A stretch of DNA of 64,000 nucleotides from Podarcis tiliguerta (GCA_965153285.1 OZ229110.1), one strand, 5' to 3'. Shown: positions 12,854 through 58,200, numbered from the stretch's first letter. Notes: generated from the sequence alone by a model not told the origin. Translations and numbers: made by a program.

Positions 12854-14005
12854 CTTTAGGTCATAGTGTACCAAAGAAGAGAATGAGATATAAATCAGGT
12901 GGCCCTTCCTCAGCCATGAATGTGCTTATGGATTTTGACAAGCAGCTATCTTTTCAGCAGCTTACAATATATCATCGAAACGTTTATGCTTTATTCTCCT
13001 ATGTGAGGAACCCAGTTTCTTTCCACTATGCAAGATTTACCGGTACATAGCAATTCCAATGCTGATTCAGCCATCAATCCTGCCCAAAGGGCTGTCGGCC
13101 TCATCAAAATATATTTCAAAGCATTGTATTCAATTAAATGTTCATTTATCTCTTTTTTTAAAAAAGAGTATTCATTTTATTGGGGCAAAACTTAATCCAG
13201 TTATGGTTTGGATGGATTGGGAAATGGGGAGAGAGGAGCTGGGCTGTTGTTGGGCAGTGAACCAAATTGCCAAATTTGCTCTAAAAGAACTCTGCTTGTT
13301 AATGGAAGTGGATGCTCTAAGTATTTGTTACACTGGAGTAATAGGGTGTTAAATCTGTATATGAAAAACAGTTGCTTAAAAGCTTTACTTGAAATCTTTC
13401 CTGTGGGTTTATGACCATCACTAATATCTTGGTTCTGGCAAGCAATGTCTGGCTTCACTATAGCACTTGTTCTTAATGAGAGAATGTGATTATTCCAGAG
13501 CACAGACTTCTTGCCAGTTGCCTTGTTGAAGTTATTGTGGGCACTCATGCATGATGAGGCATATCTAGGCTAAGATATGACTGAGCCTTTTGGCCACACA
13601 CATAACCGAACTGTGAAAGGTGGAAAATGTACCATTAACTATAGCTTACTATCTTGGTCTGCTCCAAATCTGTTAAATCAAAGTTTCCCAGTTCCAACAA
13701 AACTGGAAACTTTAGTTAATGGTAGACTAGCCAACATTTTTGCTTACATGTGCAAGGGCTGTGTGCATGACCAAAAGGCTCACTCATAGTTTGGCTTATT
13801 GGTGGAGGTATAAATGACTGAATGCTGCCTAATGATGTGGACTGGAGTAGCACTCAAGCAGTATTTGATACCTTCAGTAAACAAAGATGATGATTAGTCG
13901 CCTTTACAAATTTGCAGTAGATATCATATTCTTGGCTTCTAATTCTCTCATGCAAATTAAGTAGCTACTAATAAACATTTGTTTGTTCTTCTGTTTGCCA
14001 GGTAA

Positions 14006-45075
<31,070 letters not shown>

Positions 45076-47029
45076 TTCCCTAACAGCAAGTCAACTAAAC
45101 ATCCTGGCAGTGAGAACTCTTCTGATCAGTGGCTGAAAACAAGGCAGCTATGCAGCAATCCATTCAGAGTTATATAAATAAGTATTATTGGGAGAAGTTC
45201 CAACATCCATTACTACAGTTGATCAGAAGAGTTTTCTTCTCCCCAAGATATGACTTTTGGTATTCTCTGTGTTATTGGAAGAGCTGCAAACTGGCCACAA
45301 GTTAAGATGTCTAGGCCTGTCCTAATTTGGTGTACATTTGATCATTTCTTACTTTAAAATCTCTCTACCTGTATTCTACAAATGAAGGGATGAAAATAGT
45401 GCATTCCAATCTCTTGTCAACAAAAAACCTGACTTGAAAAGTACCTGTAGCAAAGCATCAATTAATGTATCTGCTGGGGGGGGGGGTTAATCAGTAAGTG
45501 ACAACTTCGGGCATTCATTTTAAATAAAGGCATTTCATTAAGCTGAACATAAAATAATATTCTGGCAAACCTAATGTAATGTGCTAAGTGAAAAAAATGT
45601 TTTGTTGCTTGGAACTAAGCTTATATTGCCATAGGTCACTGATGAAATATTTGCTCTACCAGCAACTGCGACAATTGAACACACTTAAAAATATACATGC
45701 CCTAGTATTTTTCTGCGTTCTCACTTACGTTGTGAATGGGCCTGCTTTACATGTATTCCAGTACATCAAAAACAGAGGTTCTAAATGCAGGACATTATTA
45801 CACTGTGGGGTGTTTTGTATTAACTTGTAAATTGTCTGCTAGATATGGAAAGTAGAGCTGCTGAACTTGGAAATAGAGTTGCTAATTCACAATAACTTAT
45901 CTAGGTATATTTGGGTAAAAGTCAGCACATTTCTGTATGGTATTGCATTTGAATGGTCCAACATGAAATTTCCTTTGGTTTTAACCTAATGAAAGCCCTT
46001 TCCTTTGAGACAGGAGTAATTTCTATGCTAGTTTTTTTAAAAAAAGTTTCAATAGAACTTTTTTGTTTCAAATGGGAGATCAGTATCAGTGAAAGCTGCC
46101 ACATTTCATAACATTTCCCTATATTTCAGGAAAGTTAGCCATCAGATGCAAAATTTGTGGGACAATTCACAGTGCAAGCTAGTCTCAGCCTAGGTGGCAC
46201 ATTGTCATTTGCCTTAAGCAACTCCTGCCTTATGTGCAATCATGAAAAATTATAATGGAGAAACCTTCAATATACTTAGGTCATGGTTAAAATATGTGGT
46301 CCCAAACTCAATGTCTTAAAAATAGAAGGCATGGCAAATCATGAATAACATTACCAGAGAATTTGTAATGAGAATTACAAAGACAATAGTATGGGGGCTC
46401 ATGGCTGGCACAAAGTACACTAAGAAGCCTAAAAATATTAACATTACAAAAATATAACAGCAAAGTCCTCTTGGCAATCTTTAAATAAAACTAAGAGTTT
46501 AGTGCAGCAATTACATCTGCTTATATGAATTAGGCTATAAAAATGATCATGCAACATGTTCAGAGATTTTAATATTCAATCCTAATGTTCCAGAACTTTT
46601 AACATTTAAAACAAATTGAGGGTGTGAGGAGGTCTCTTCTGTCCTGAGATGAAGAATATGAATAATATTCTTCGTTGCTCAACATCTCGGCTTGGGTATA
46701 AAATGAAGGTCAGATGGCAATGCTCTGTAAATAAATATTAGAGTACAGAGCCCCCCCACAGGAATGGGTGGAACATGTTACGTTTGATTAACTACAGTAA
46801 ATAAACAAAATTTGGGGTGGGTGGTAATGAATCCTAAAATGCAGCATGGTGTCTAATCAATGTACAGCAGCAAGTTAAGAGTCAGTGTTTCGGAGCTTTG
46901 TTCATATGCTTTATATTGTCCACTGACTAATATATTAATTTTAAGGTAAATAATCTTTTTTATTAAGAGCTTACTTAGGTTTGACTCAGGTTTTAGATAT
47001 TTCCAATGTAATCATAGTTAATGCATTAT

Positions 47030-47037
47030 CAATGCAA
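47030..47037 (+). promoter_or_regulatory. miR-33 8mer seed site in CPT1A 3'UTR
   Basis: CAATGCAA (complement of the miR-33 seed plus A1); adjacent 6mer AATGCA at 47020-47025. Confidence 0.6.
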
Positions 47038-47248
47038 TTTTTGCATTCTTTAAGGGAATGTAATTGGCGGAGGACAACCTTTTTTTTATTGCAAGTGTTT
47101 GGAGGGTTAAGCTGTCGTGCATTTTTTATTTGACACCAAACAATTTCTAAAAAGACTTGGTTTGTATCCTCTCAGAATGTCAACTGCATGTAAATAATGT
47201 TCCATTGGTTGTAAATCTTTAAACGCACAGTAAGCATAGGTTATCCTT

Positions 47249-47290
47249 AATAAAGAAATTAATATTCTGATGTATGTGATTTTATTTCAT
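47249..47290 (+). terminator. Probable distal poly(A) signal of CPT1A
   Basis: AATAAA at 47249-47254 followed by GU/U-rich tgtatgtgattttattt; other AATAAA at ~45523, ~46483, ~46729, ~46799. Confidence 0.5.
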
Positions 47291-48256
47291 AGATGTGGGA
47301 ACACATTCATTTCTATCGTAGTCTTATAAATTCCAAAGAACATTCATTTCAAAAGAATTGTCAAGGATTATATATGCTAGAAAAAAGAGTCTACTTAGAT
47401 GTATTGATCTTATACTGATTTTTAAAAAGGGTTTTGATAATGAAAAATGCAACAATATGCATGGATAGTAATGAGTAATTAATTATCTTTATATTTATGT
47501 ATAACCAGAAGTTTTAAGACACTGAACCTATTTCCATTTCTAATTGGAATGTGAAAACTGGCATTGGTTAGTATGCACATTTTTATTTAATATTTGTTCT
47601 CTCATGCTTTCTATTCCATACTAATTGCATTCAGAAGTGGTACATTCCAGACTTTAAAAAGCACAGTGAAAAACACTTCACACCCTCAGTTCTTTTCCCA
47701 ATGCATGGATTTGGGTGTATGCTATTTAATCACAAAACTTGGAATAATTGGAACTGAACTCATTTTCTGTGGAAGTGATTTCTTGCAGCATGATGCTTGT
47801 CAATTTGTAAAGAATGCTCATTTTTAATTGTGCATATTCTAATCGTGTATATGTGGGCCCCGTCTCACATAATCGCATGACACTGCACACACACACAATG
47901 GAAGTGCCCATCAACTTTGCCCCCAAATATTTTACTGGGGCTGGCAAAGCCTCCTCTGCCCCAAGGAGTTGGCTCCTATGGGAGGATTATTAAACTGCAC
48001 TGTTCTGACAAGGTTTTTTCCTGCCCTAATTACTTGATGCTGCTGCTGTGCCACAAGAAGCGGGGGTGAGGGAAGAAGTCAGAGAATATGACGTGGTGTC
48101 TAGTTGTGTATAAATTCCCTCTTATCTAACAGAAAATCCACTCTTTAAAAAAAAAAAAAGACAGATCTAGTTGTAAACTTTGCTTAGCTCTTTTTTACCC
48201 TGTGCCACCTTTGCTCGTTAACATTACATATGTTAAAAATGAAGCAGCCTTATACT

Positions 48257-48513
48257 CAGGGCTGGATTTAGGTTTGATGAGGCCCTAAACTACTGAAGGT
48301 AATGGGGCCCTTTATATAGCACGCAGAGCCCATTACTTATAGGAGCCTACACAACAGAAAACGAAACACTGTTGCTGTATGTTTTGTTTCATTTGTTTTT
48401 TATCTTATATTTTGGAAATGTACACCTTTTTTCCCTTTAAATTTTTAGGGGGGCCCCAAGAGAGTGGGGCCCTAAGCTCTAGCTTGTTTAGCTTATACCT
48501 AAATCCGGCACTG
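48257..48513. mobile_element. hAT-like MITE upstream of TESMIN promoter
   Basis: TIR CAGGGGCTGGATTTAGGT / ACCTAAATCCGGCACTG. Confidence 0.75.
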
Positions 48514-48649
48514 ATACTATCTGCGTATCTTCGGCGAGGAATGTTCCTTATTCTGGAACTTCCCTCATGCCATTCTGTGCCTTATATTTTCACTGATCCT
48601 CAGGCGTTTTTAAGCGAATGTCCCCTTATTAAAAGAGAGAGAAAACCAG

Positions 48650-49250
48650 CAAAGCCCCTAGATTCTCAGCCGCTGCCTCAAGAAAAACAGGCGCCGGCTG
48701 GGAAAGGGAAGCGGCGTTTTAACAATTGCACATAAGTTGCTTCGTTTTGCTGATTAAAGGCGGCTGTGTGACTCTTGCCCTAATATCGAAAGGGGCGACA
48801 TTGGGAAAGAAGAGGCGGGGAGGCTGAGTTCTTTTCCCTTCAGCGCCCAGCGTGAATCCACTCCGCTCAGAGATGCGAGCGGGCCGCGTGGCTTTTGCAG
48901 GCGCGAGGAGAAGCGCTGAGGGAAAACCGCCCGGAGGGAGATCCGCCCCCCTTGGCGGGGCTGCTTAGCGGGAAGCGGCTTTTCCCGCGCGCTGGCCCTC
49001 GCGGGCGCTCCTGCGCTTAAAACTCCCCGGCCAACGGCTCCTTGGCACCCCTTCGGCGAGCGCTGCTCATAATGCAGTGCTGATGATGGAGGGGAAAAGG
49101 CGGGAATCTGCGGAGGGGGAAGGTGAGGTGGCGGGGTGGCTGGCCCGCTTCAGCCACCACGGTTTAAAAGAATGTCCGCCGCCCGCTCGAGAGGGCTGCG
49201 TGAGGGCTGCTTCTTCACCTTGTATGTTGCTGCCATCAAGTTCGTCCCAA
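48650..49250. promoter_or_regulatory. TESMIN CpG-island promoter
   Basis: CpG-rich block; E2F-type TTTCCCGC 48981-48988 and TTGGCGGG 48952-48959; MYB-type CAACGG 49032-49037; donor AAG|GTGAGG at 49123. Confidence 0.8.
49083..49122 (+). CDS. TESMIN: TESMIN putative first coding exon part
   Basis: [13 protein letters not shown]+G|gtgagg; phase 1, splices in frame to 50827. The true start could instead be ATG 50844 (MKIG). Confidence 0.5.
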
Positions 49251-52200
49251 GTCTGGGACACTGGTGTTTACAATAAGCAGACATGCCAAGGATGAACAAC
49301 AAGTCTTTGTGAAATAGTTGGTACACACACGGGGGTGTCAGACCTGCAAAGTTTGAAGCACCCCTTATTCCACCATCTCTACATGGAAGCCACCCTTGGC
49401 CAGTGTTCTCAGATGTGTCAGGGCTAATAATAATAATAATAATAATAATTTGCCACCCATCTGACTGGGTTACCCCAGCCACTCTGGGCAGGCAGGCTTT
49501 TCACCCACTCCTGGTGAAAAGGAGACACCATGAAGATTCAAACATCATGCTGGGCCAATAAAGTGTGTGTGTGTGCATCAGTACAGGTGAACCTGTGGTC
49601 CTCCATAACCCATCAGCCCCAGACAGCAAAGTTTAAGAGCCAGGGATGAGGTGAATTCTAATCTAACAAGACCTGGAAGGCTCCAGGTTAGCCACCTCTG
49701 ATATGCACCATACACAATATAGAGGTGCATCCAAAGCAGTAACACAGATCTATATTGCACTGTTGCTTGAGGCGAAGTAGAGGTGTGTGATTGCTTCAGA
49801 TACAAGTAAATATACCCTTAATCTGTAATGTGTGAGGTAACCACCACAAAACATACTTTAAAAAATCTCCTTTGTTTCAGGTAGGCAAATGGGAGATCAT
49901 AGGACAGGGTTATCCAGATGCAAACATACTATTTTGAAGTGGCACAGTTGTAAAAGCTTGATCTGAAATTTTTAGAAGGTCCGTATAATAGTTTACAATA
50001 ACAAAAAACAAAAAAACACATTTATGTCCCTCAGCTGTACTTTTTGTTATCTCTTTATAATGTATATTAGCATCTTGCATCTAGTCTGCCAACAATACCT
50101 ATTTGGCTTGCACAATAGGGTCTGTTTCTGATTTGGAACTGTATCTCAAAACTTTATATGTTTGAGTACTGAATGTGGAAATATTAAAAGGTACATTTAT
50201 TATGAGTATAGTAATAGTAATGGGAAATAATTTCCCAAACTACATATGGTGATGTTTAAAAGACAAGTTCATACTAGTGTAAGAATACGTACTTTCTCAT
50301 AATACATAGAAGTTTCTGTCACAAACAATGGGAAAGTTTCAGGTATAGCTAAGGCAAATAGATAATTCATGTTCAAGTAACGGTGGTCTAATAAAAAACC
50401 ATTTAAGCACTTCAAATGTATAGAAAAAGTTGCAACTCTATATTGATTGCTGTTGATAGGGTTTATATGTTTGAAGATCAGACATGCACAGCAGTACTAC
50501 TGAAGAAAATATAATTAAGATCAGTTAAAGCAAATTGGCATTTGAATTTAACCAATACGCCCCTAGAAGGTGGTTAAAAGTGAAAACACAAGTGGATGAT
50601 TCTCCATTATGCCATTGAAAGTTTACATTTAAATTGGGAATTCTCCTCCATGTTAGTTACTATCTGTAAAACCAAGGGTGAGTTTGTAGTGTGGATTTGC
50701 AGAGTGCAAGAGTGAGATCTTGTGTATACACCATCCTATATGTAAGTGATCAGTGAGCATATGCTTAGAATTGGAGTCTTATGCTGGATATGATTTGTTG
50801 CTTATTTTTGTTTGTTTATTTTGAAGCTGAAACAGCTACCAAGATGAAAATTGGCCCAGGACAAATAGATGTCTCTACAGAGATCAAATACTACCAATCT
50901 GAAAGTTTAACTGTACCTATGGAAAGTCATATAACTTTTAGTAGAATTTCAAGAATAGATAATGGACTTGTGAAGACCTTTAATTCCGAAATTCTTAGTC
51001 CAAAGAATGATTTAATTAATAAACCAGTTGAAGAAGAATTCTATTCCGGTCAAGGCACCTGTTTAAGTTCTATGGCTGAAGCTGCACTGAATCGTGGGAA
51101 ACATACTCTGAATAGAGAAAATGAACATGCGATGTTTGAAGTTAAAATGCAGCCATGTACACAAGAGTTTTGTGATGAAGTCCTTGGAAAATATCAGAAA
51201 TTACCAGAAGCGACTCTTTCAGAAGTGACAACATGTACATATTTACCACAATTGCAACTGTGCTCACAGAATATCCATTTTCCATCTTCCTTAATGACAG
51301 AACATAGAGGTTCCATGCTATCTCTTGGCACCGATACTGCTGATGGAACAGTCAATACAAATGTAGAAATGATACCAGTAAGACTGCTTTTTTAAAATAC
51401 CTGAATCATAATATATGTGCTTTGAATTAATCATTGCATTTTAGTTGCTTTAGATAAAAATTCAGCATCATTTAATGAAAATGTAGGGCAGCTTAGAAGT
51501 ATTGCATTATGATACATGGGGAATATATCATGAATGCATTTTAGTCCTAATTAGGTACATTTCTAGCTCTTCATGTCCTGAGAATGGGAACAATACTGCT
51601 GTCCCACTAACAGTGATCCCACCCCAAGGAGTAAGGTCCAGCCTAAGAAGGAGAACAAACTGGACAAGACAATATTTTGGGATTTAAAATTGGCCACATA
51701 CTCTGCATAGGCATTGGGCGTGTATCCCTCTCAGCCTCCTGATGGAAGGCTGAGGCATGACAGGATCGATCATGGGATATAGATAAGATTTGTTATAGTA
51801 CTATTACAGTGTATATAATTTAACATTTTAAAATATTTATTATTATTACAGCACAAATAGTTTTGTATATTAAGTTTGAACAGTATGTTTGCTTTCCTAG
51901 GTACTGAAAACAATAACTTCAACTGCAGATGCAAAGAACTGTGACCAAATCAAAGGAATGATTAATAGTTCTACAATGTCACAAGCCATACCAGAGTGTT
52001 CTGGTGGTGAGTGTTTTTGAAATATCCTTTCATGTTTGCATCTTTTATTTTGTTTTTTGTCCCAGATAATATTGCAAATTATTTGTGCAGGTGGGTTTCC
52101 ACTTAATATGTTTTCTGGATTGCTTATTATTATTAAAGATAAATCATTTTTACCTTTAGCTCTTTTACTAATTTAAAGGAATCAGAAATGGAGGTCTTTT

Positions 52201-55200
52201 GTTTACCAATTATTACATTAAAGGAAACTGTGTAACTTTTTGCCCTATATTTGCTGTTTACTGATTACAGTTGGAAACTTCACATTTGGCATCCAAGTTG
52301 TTTCAGTTGCAACTTGTTTTTTAAAGCTTCCAGGAATGGAAGGCACTTGCAGTGAATGTAGTTCTGTTTCAGAAATGGAAATGTTCTTTGTTCTTTTAAC
52401 AGCTATGTGATGGATAGAGATCCATGTTAAACCTATTCTACTATGGAAATACAATTCTGGGGAAACTTGCACCTGTTGGCATTCAGTATGTCCCCTTATT
52501 TGCATGGAGTCCCTGATTTATCTTTGCCCCCCCCCCTCCACCTGCAAAACAGGACACAATTTGCACAGGATACAAACCATATTCAAATATTATATGTGTG
52601 TGCCCTCATGAAAATCCTATTGGCATCCTGGCCATCATTTACTGAAAAGTTAACAGCCATTCACTTTAAGCCTTAATTTTTGAGTACATTACAAAATGTA
52701 ATGGGGTGCCTTCATTTTTTCCTTAAGATGTTTTTTGTTGTTGTTTCATTTTCAAATACTTCATATTTTCATTTGAATTTATATTCATTTGAAACTTACA
52801 TTTCAAATGTATTTTAAAATAATTTAGATTGTTTTGCCATATAAAAATTTACTATAAAGAAATTACCCCAGTGAAACTCCTTTGAATGGATTTGAAATAC
52901 AGTCGTACCTTGAATCCCAAATGCCTTGCTAGTCAAACGTTTTGGCTCCCAAATGCCGGAAACCTGGAAGTGAGTGTTCCAGTTTGCAAACGTTTTTTGG
53001 AATACAAATGTCCAATGTGGCTTCTGTAGCTTACGATCGGCTGCAGGAGCTTCTTGCAGCCAATCTGAAGCCGTGCATTGGTTTCCAAATGTTTTGGAAG
53101 TCGAACAGACTTCTGAAACACATTCCATTTGACTTCTGAGGTACCACTGTAAGGGGAAATGTGTTTGAATTGTACCTAGGAAGGTTGCCGTTTCTACTTG
53201 CTCTTCTTATTCTACACTCAATTGCTTATACTCAACTTCAAATGTTGTTGGTTTTATGAGTTATATTGTAACAGTCGTGGGATATAAACAATAATATTCT
53301 GATTAGATTGAATATTTAACATTGTCAACATAATTTTCTCTTCAACTCCATTTTGTGTTGTAGAATCATGCAACGGTATCACTGTTTCATCTCAGGATAC
53401 TGCTGCTGTTTGCGATGAGATTGTAAGTATATACTATGTTTTACTACTTGTTAGGATAATGTGAGTTGGATCCACAGTGAGTTGCATAGGCAGATGTCCC
53501 CCAAATTTTTGTCTGTCCCCCCCTCCCCCGCAACCTCTGCTTTGATGGTTTTGAATGGGTCAGCATAGCCAGACCCGACTTCTCTAGAAATGGATGAAGC
53601 CATTGTATGAATGAAAGTTGGGCAAAGACACTCCTGGGTACAGTTACCTCCTGAACATCCAGTTATTATGGGAAACAGGATGCCAGAGGAAAAAGTACCA
53701 TGGATGCATTTAGGACACAGACACAGAATTACTATCTGTATTGAATCCTTAGCATCCAATAAAATTGATTACTTGATACACCTTCTGTAATTTATTCATA
53801 CTATTATTTAAATGACTCAAAGCAATGTGGAATGTAATTACCGGTATTTATTTCAGGTTATTTCCCCCCATCCTTTCTTAGTCCTTTTGATGTAAGTTGG
53901 GCTTTTAAAGATAGTGGTAATAATGGCAATTTTAATTGACTATTCTATGTATCAATTTGATCATAATGTTTCCGATCAATTTAAGCAACTTCAATTATTT
54001 TTTTTTCAACACCAGCTTTTTAACAGTGCAACATACTGTAAGCATATCCTTTAAAATATGAAATTGATTATATTTCAGACTGAGGTCAGAGAAGCAGTTG
54101 TTAGCATTACAGCTAATAATTCAGATGAAGCAGTTTTTCAAAATTCAAATGGTGAAGAAATCAGCCATAACCTAGCAGCTTCACAAAATGCAATGGAGGA
54201 ACCTACCTGTTCACAGAGAAATTATGCCAGTCCTCAAGTGGTAACTGCTGTGTTTTTACGATATAATAACTTGCACAGGAAAACTTTGCCAATAGTTTTT
54301 TGTTGTCTATGTTTTTATTAGAATGAAACTGCAAGGCTCTTAGTAGAGTAGCTTCCTCTTAGTGGTGCCATGTAGACAGTAAGAAAACAATGACCATTTT
54401 ATAGTTCTGTTTATAGTCTTGACTATATGTGTATGATTAGATGTTTCTTCAGAGCAACCTGGACGTGGGTGGCAATGTGGGTTAAACCACAGAGCCTAGG
54501 GCTTGCTGATCAGGTCAGCGGTTCGAATCCCTGTAATGGGATGAGCTCCCATTGCTCATTCCCAGCTCCTGCCAACCTAGCACTTTGAAAGCACGTCAAA
54601 GTGCAAGTAGATAGTTACCGCTCCGGCGGGAAGGTAAACGGTGTTTCCGTGCGCTGCTCTGGTTCACCAGAAGCGGTTTAGTCATGCTGGCCACATGACC
54701 CAGAAGCTGTACGCCGGCTCCCTCGGCCAATAAAGCGAGATGAGCGCCAGAACACCAGAGTCGGTCACGACTGGACCTAATGATCAGGGGTCCCTTTACC
54801 CATATGTGTATGATTAGTTGCTTCTTCAGAGCAGCATTATGGACTGTCATCTACTTTACCTAATCTACCCTTCCCACCCAATATATTTCCTTGGCTTTGT
54901 TCCAAGTTCTTTTTCTCATCAACTGTTTCTGCTATATTACATTTTTAATTATTTAATGCACAATCCTAAGCAAGCTTACTCAGAAGCAAGATCCTCTAAA
55001 TTTAGTAATAGTTCAACTGTCTTAGGCATTGGTTACTTAGGTCCTTTCAAATCTGGCTTCCAGGCAAGGTTTGGAATGGAGAACACTTCCCTGGATGACA
55101 TGCCAGGGAATACTTCAGTACCATTGGCATTTGTATCCTTCTAAAGCAAATCACTAGGGTAGGACTTAGAGGCACAGTATGTTGTGTTTCTGCTCCATTC

Positions 55201-58200
55201 TGGGAAAATGGATTCAGAATACACTGCTGGGGGGACTTCTATTCTAGCCCTTGGTTGCTGGCTTCAACTTCTATCTTGTCTGTATGATTTTTAGCATTAG
55301 TTTAAAACTACTGGGATAAGCCATCTGATGGTTTAGACTTCAGTGTAATCAGTATGCTAATGGCATTAGTACGCTGATGACACACAGCTCTACCTCTTTT
55401 CCTTAACTTAATCCCAGGGAGGTAGTGGCAGTTATGAATGTGAAGGTTATTTTTGGGATTATGAAGGCAAAGAACCTGATGAAGTGCAGGGGTGCCAACT
55501 TGAATAAAATATTGGGCAGGTAAGCCCCACCCCGCATAATCCATCACATGACATGATGCATGCACACCATTTGAATGGCAATACCCCTCAACTTTGGGGG
55601 ACCCACCCCCTTAAATATTTTATGGGGGACGAAGCCCCCTCGGCCCTTTGGGTTGGCTCCTATTATAAAGTGGAAGTCCTGTTGGCTGAGAAATCTGCTC
55701 AGCTGGGTGGTGTGCAGCTGGTTCTGGGTGGGGGATGCACTCCGCTGAAGCAGGAGTGGATAACTTTGTTCAGCCCAAGTGTCACATTCCCTAGTGAACA
55801 ACCATCCAAAGGCCAAAGGCCAGTGGTGGGTGGGGAAATGGATGTTAATCTTATCTTGGTACAAACTAGAGGCTTGCCACACAAAAGACAGAGCTATATC
55901 TCCGTCCAGACAAGCAAGAGGCATTGTTACAGTTCAATGACATATTCAAGGTGGGGGTGGGGACAGAAACCTGGAGAATGGAATGAAGCAAGACCTGTGA
56001 GGTGTGGTCTGGGGAAGAGCCATGGCCAGAGGTTCCCAAGGGCTATAAAGTGAAGTATAGGGGCCGCATTTGACCCCCAGCCTGAGGTTCTCCAGCCTAG
56101 CCCAGCCCTGATGATTATGATATAAATGCATTTGTTGAATGCCCTCCTGCAGGAAGTATGTTTGGATCCTTCACTGTTGATTTTTAAGAAAAATCTTAAG
56201 ATTTTTTAATTTCATACTTTTATTATGTTGTATATTAAGTTTTGATGCTCATTTTAAGGAGTGTGATATGGGTTTTAATCTGCTGATTTTTTTTGTTGAT
56301 TATGCAATTCAGATCATCTGCCAGTTGAAGGGTGGTACTCATATACTTTGTATAAACAATACAGACACAAGAGAATTAAAAGCAGTTCATTTGGTCCCCC
56401 AGTATCAAGACCAGCCTAAGTATTCTCAGACAGGTATTGAAATTTTGGAAAATATGAACAACATATATAATTAGTGAAAATAACAGAACAAAATGCATTG
56501 TGTTAGGGAAATCTGATTAGCAAAAATGTGGATTTGATGAATATTTCATCTAAAAATGCGTATTTACACTAAAATGCTGACAAATTTTCATGAGAATTCA
56601 AAAAATTAATTAATTACAAACTGATGTGGAAATGTTGAGAATCAAACTGAATTCATAATCAAACTGAATTCATCTGTAAAACTCAAATATTCATAATCCA
56701 TAGGGCAATTTTCTGGGGAAAGCACCACGTTTTCTAAGTTATAAAATATAATGCTCTCAACATTGGGAAAATGCAGTATTCCCATAACAGAAACATGCAG
56801 TTAGGGAAGATGTCTAGACTGAGCTCAACAGTTTAGGAACAAAATAAGGACTTGGGCTACCATGGAATCTTTAAGTGTAGAAAGGCTCCTAGTAAATTGT
56901 GTATGCTTGCAAGGGGGAGTTCTGTCTGCATTTACCCAAACCATCCACATGATGTCACTGTTCAATCAACTATAAAGGAATCTGATAATTGTAATAGATC
57001 AATATAGTAATGATAATATTTCAATAAGCATTCTTTTCACAATATTGTTATATAGCAATCACTGTCTCTGAATGATGACAAAGGTAAAATCTGAGAAGGA
57101 GTCTTTCTTAGGTTTCTTCTCAAAATCTTAATTGTAAAAAAATTAATAATTGTACATATTTAAATTGCACTCAGACAATTTCTCCTCAAACCACCTGCAA
57201 TTGCAGTAATGCAGTACATTTTAAAAATTTGGGCCTGAGACCAACAGTGCAATCTTATGCATGTCTACTCAGAAGTAAGACCCATTGAATGGTAGTTCAC
57301 TGTGCATCCAGACCAAAAATTTTTTTCATACAAGTTGCTATTAATACACAAGGAGGAAGTGCAGTCCATATCATATGACTTACAACCCTTTTCTATCTGT
57401 TTAAAGTACAAAGAAGCAAAAGCTTTTCTAAGACTAGACTTGCATTGCTAAATAGAAACATTTCCAGTTATTGTTGCACCCATTTTTCATGATTGGAAGG
57501 GGTTTTTTTTTATTTTGACCTTTAAAATTTTGACAATTACTGTTACACCCATACACAAGGACACCTTTAGCTTTTTAGAAGAAGAAGCCAAGCCAAGCCT
57601 TTTCATTATTCTCCAAACCACTATTTCAAAATAAACTCACTCTTTGCGGGACCCAATTCTTAGCATAGGGCACATATTTTTTGAGGTGGGGGAAGGGGAT
57701 TAGATTTGCACAAAATTATATAAATATATAAAACGAAGGTTGATAGTCATGAACATGGAAGTGCATGTGAAAGTGAAATGTGCAAAGATATGTGTTGGGA
57801 CAGCTAGCTGGAGATGCTTTAGAAACAGCCTCAGAAGCTTGGTCTCCAAACTGCTGCTGTTCCTACTTAGTGAACATAAGCTGCTTTATGCCATCAAACC
57901 ACTGGTTCATATATCTCAATATATTGCAGCAGCAATCCTGCCTTTCAGGCAGTCTCTCCAATTTGTATTTGGAAATATCAGGAGTTGAACATGTATATTT
58001 TGCATGCAGAACATGGCTTTACAACTAAACTAAACTTAATTAACTAAACTTAATTATTTCTAAGTTTTATTTATGCTAAAGAAGTAACTGTTTACATCTC
58101 TTAGTTCCTCTGAAATGTAGATCATTTATCCAAATATGTATTTGTTTAAATCTATACATTGCACTAACCTAAATGAAATATTTTCTTATTAGATGCAAGT

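Noticed and set aside
54461-54535. tRNA-like sequence with GGTTCGAATCC
   Set aside because: It is the head of a Sauria SINE, not a tRNA gene
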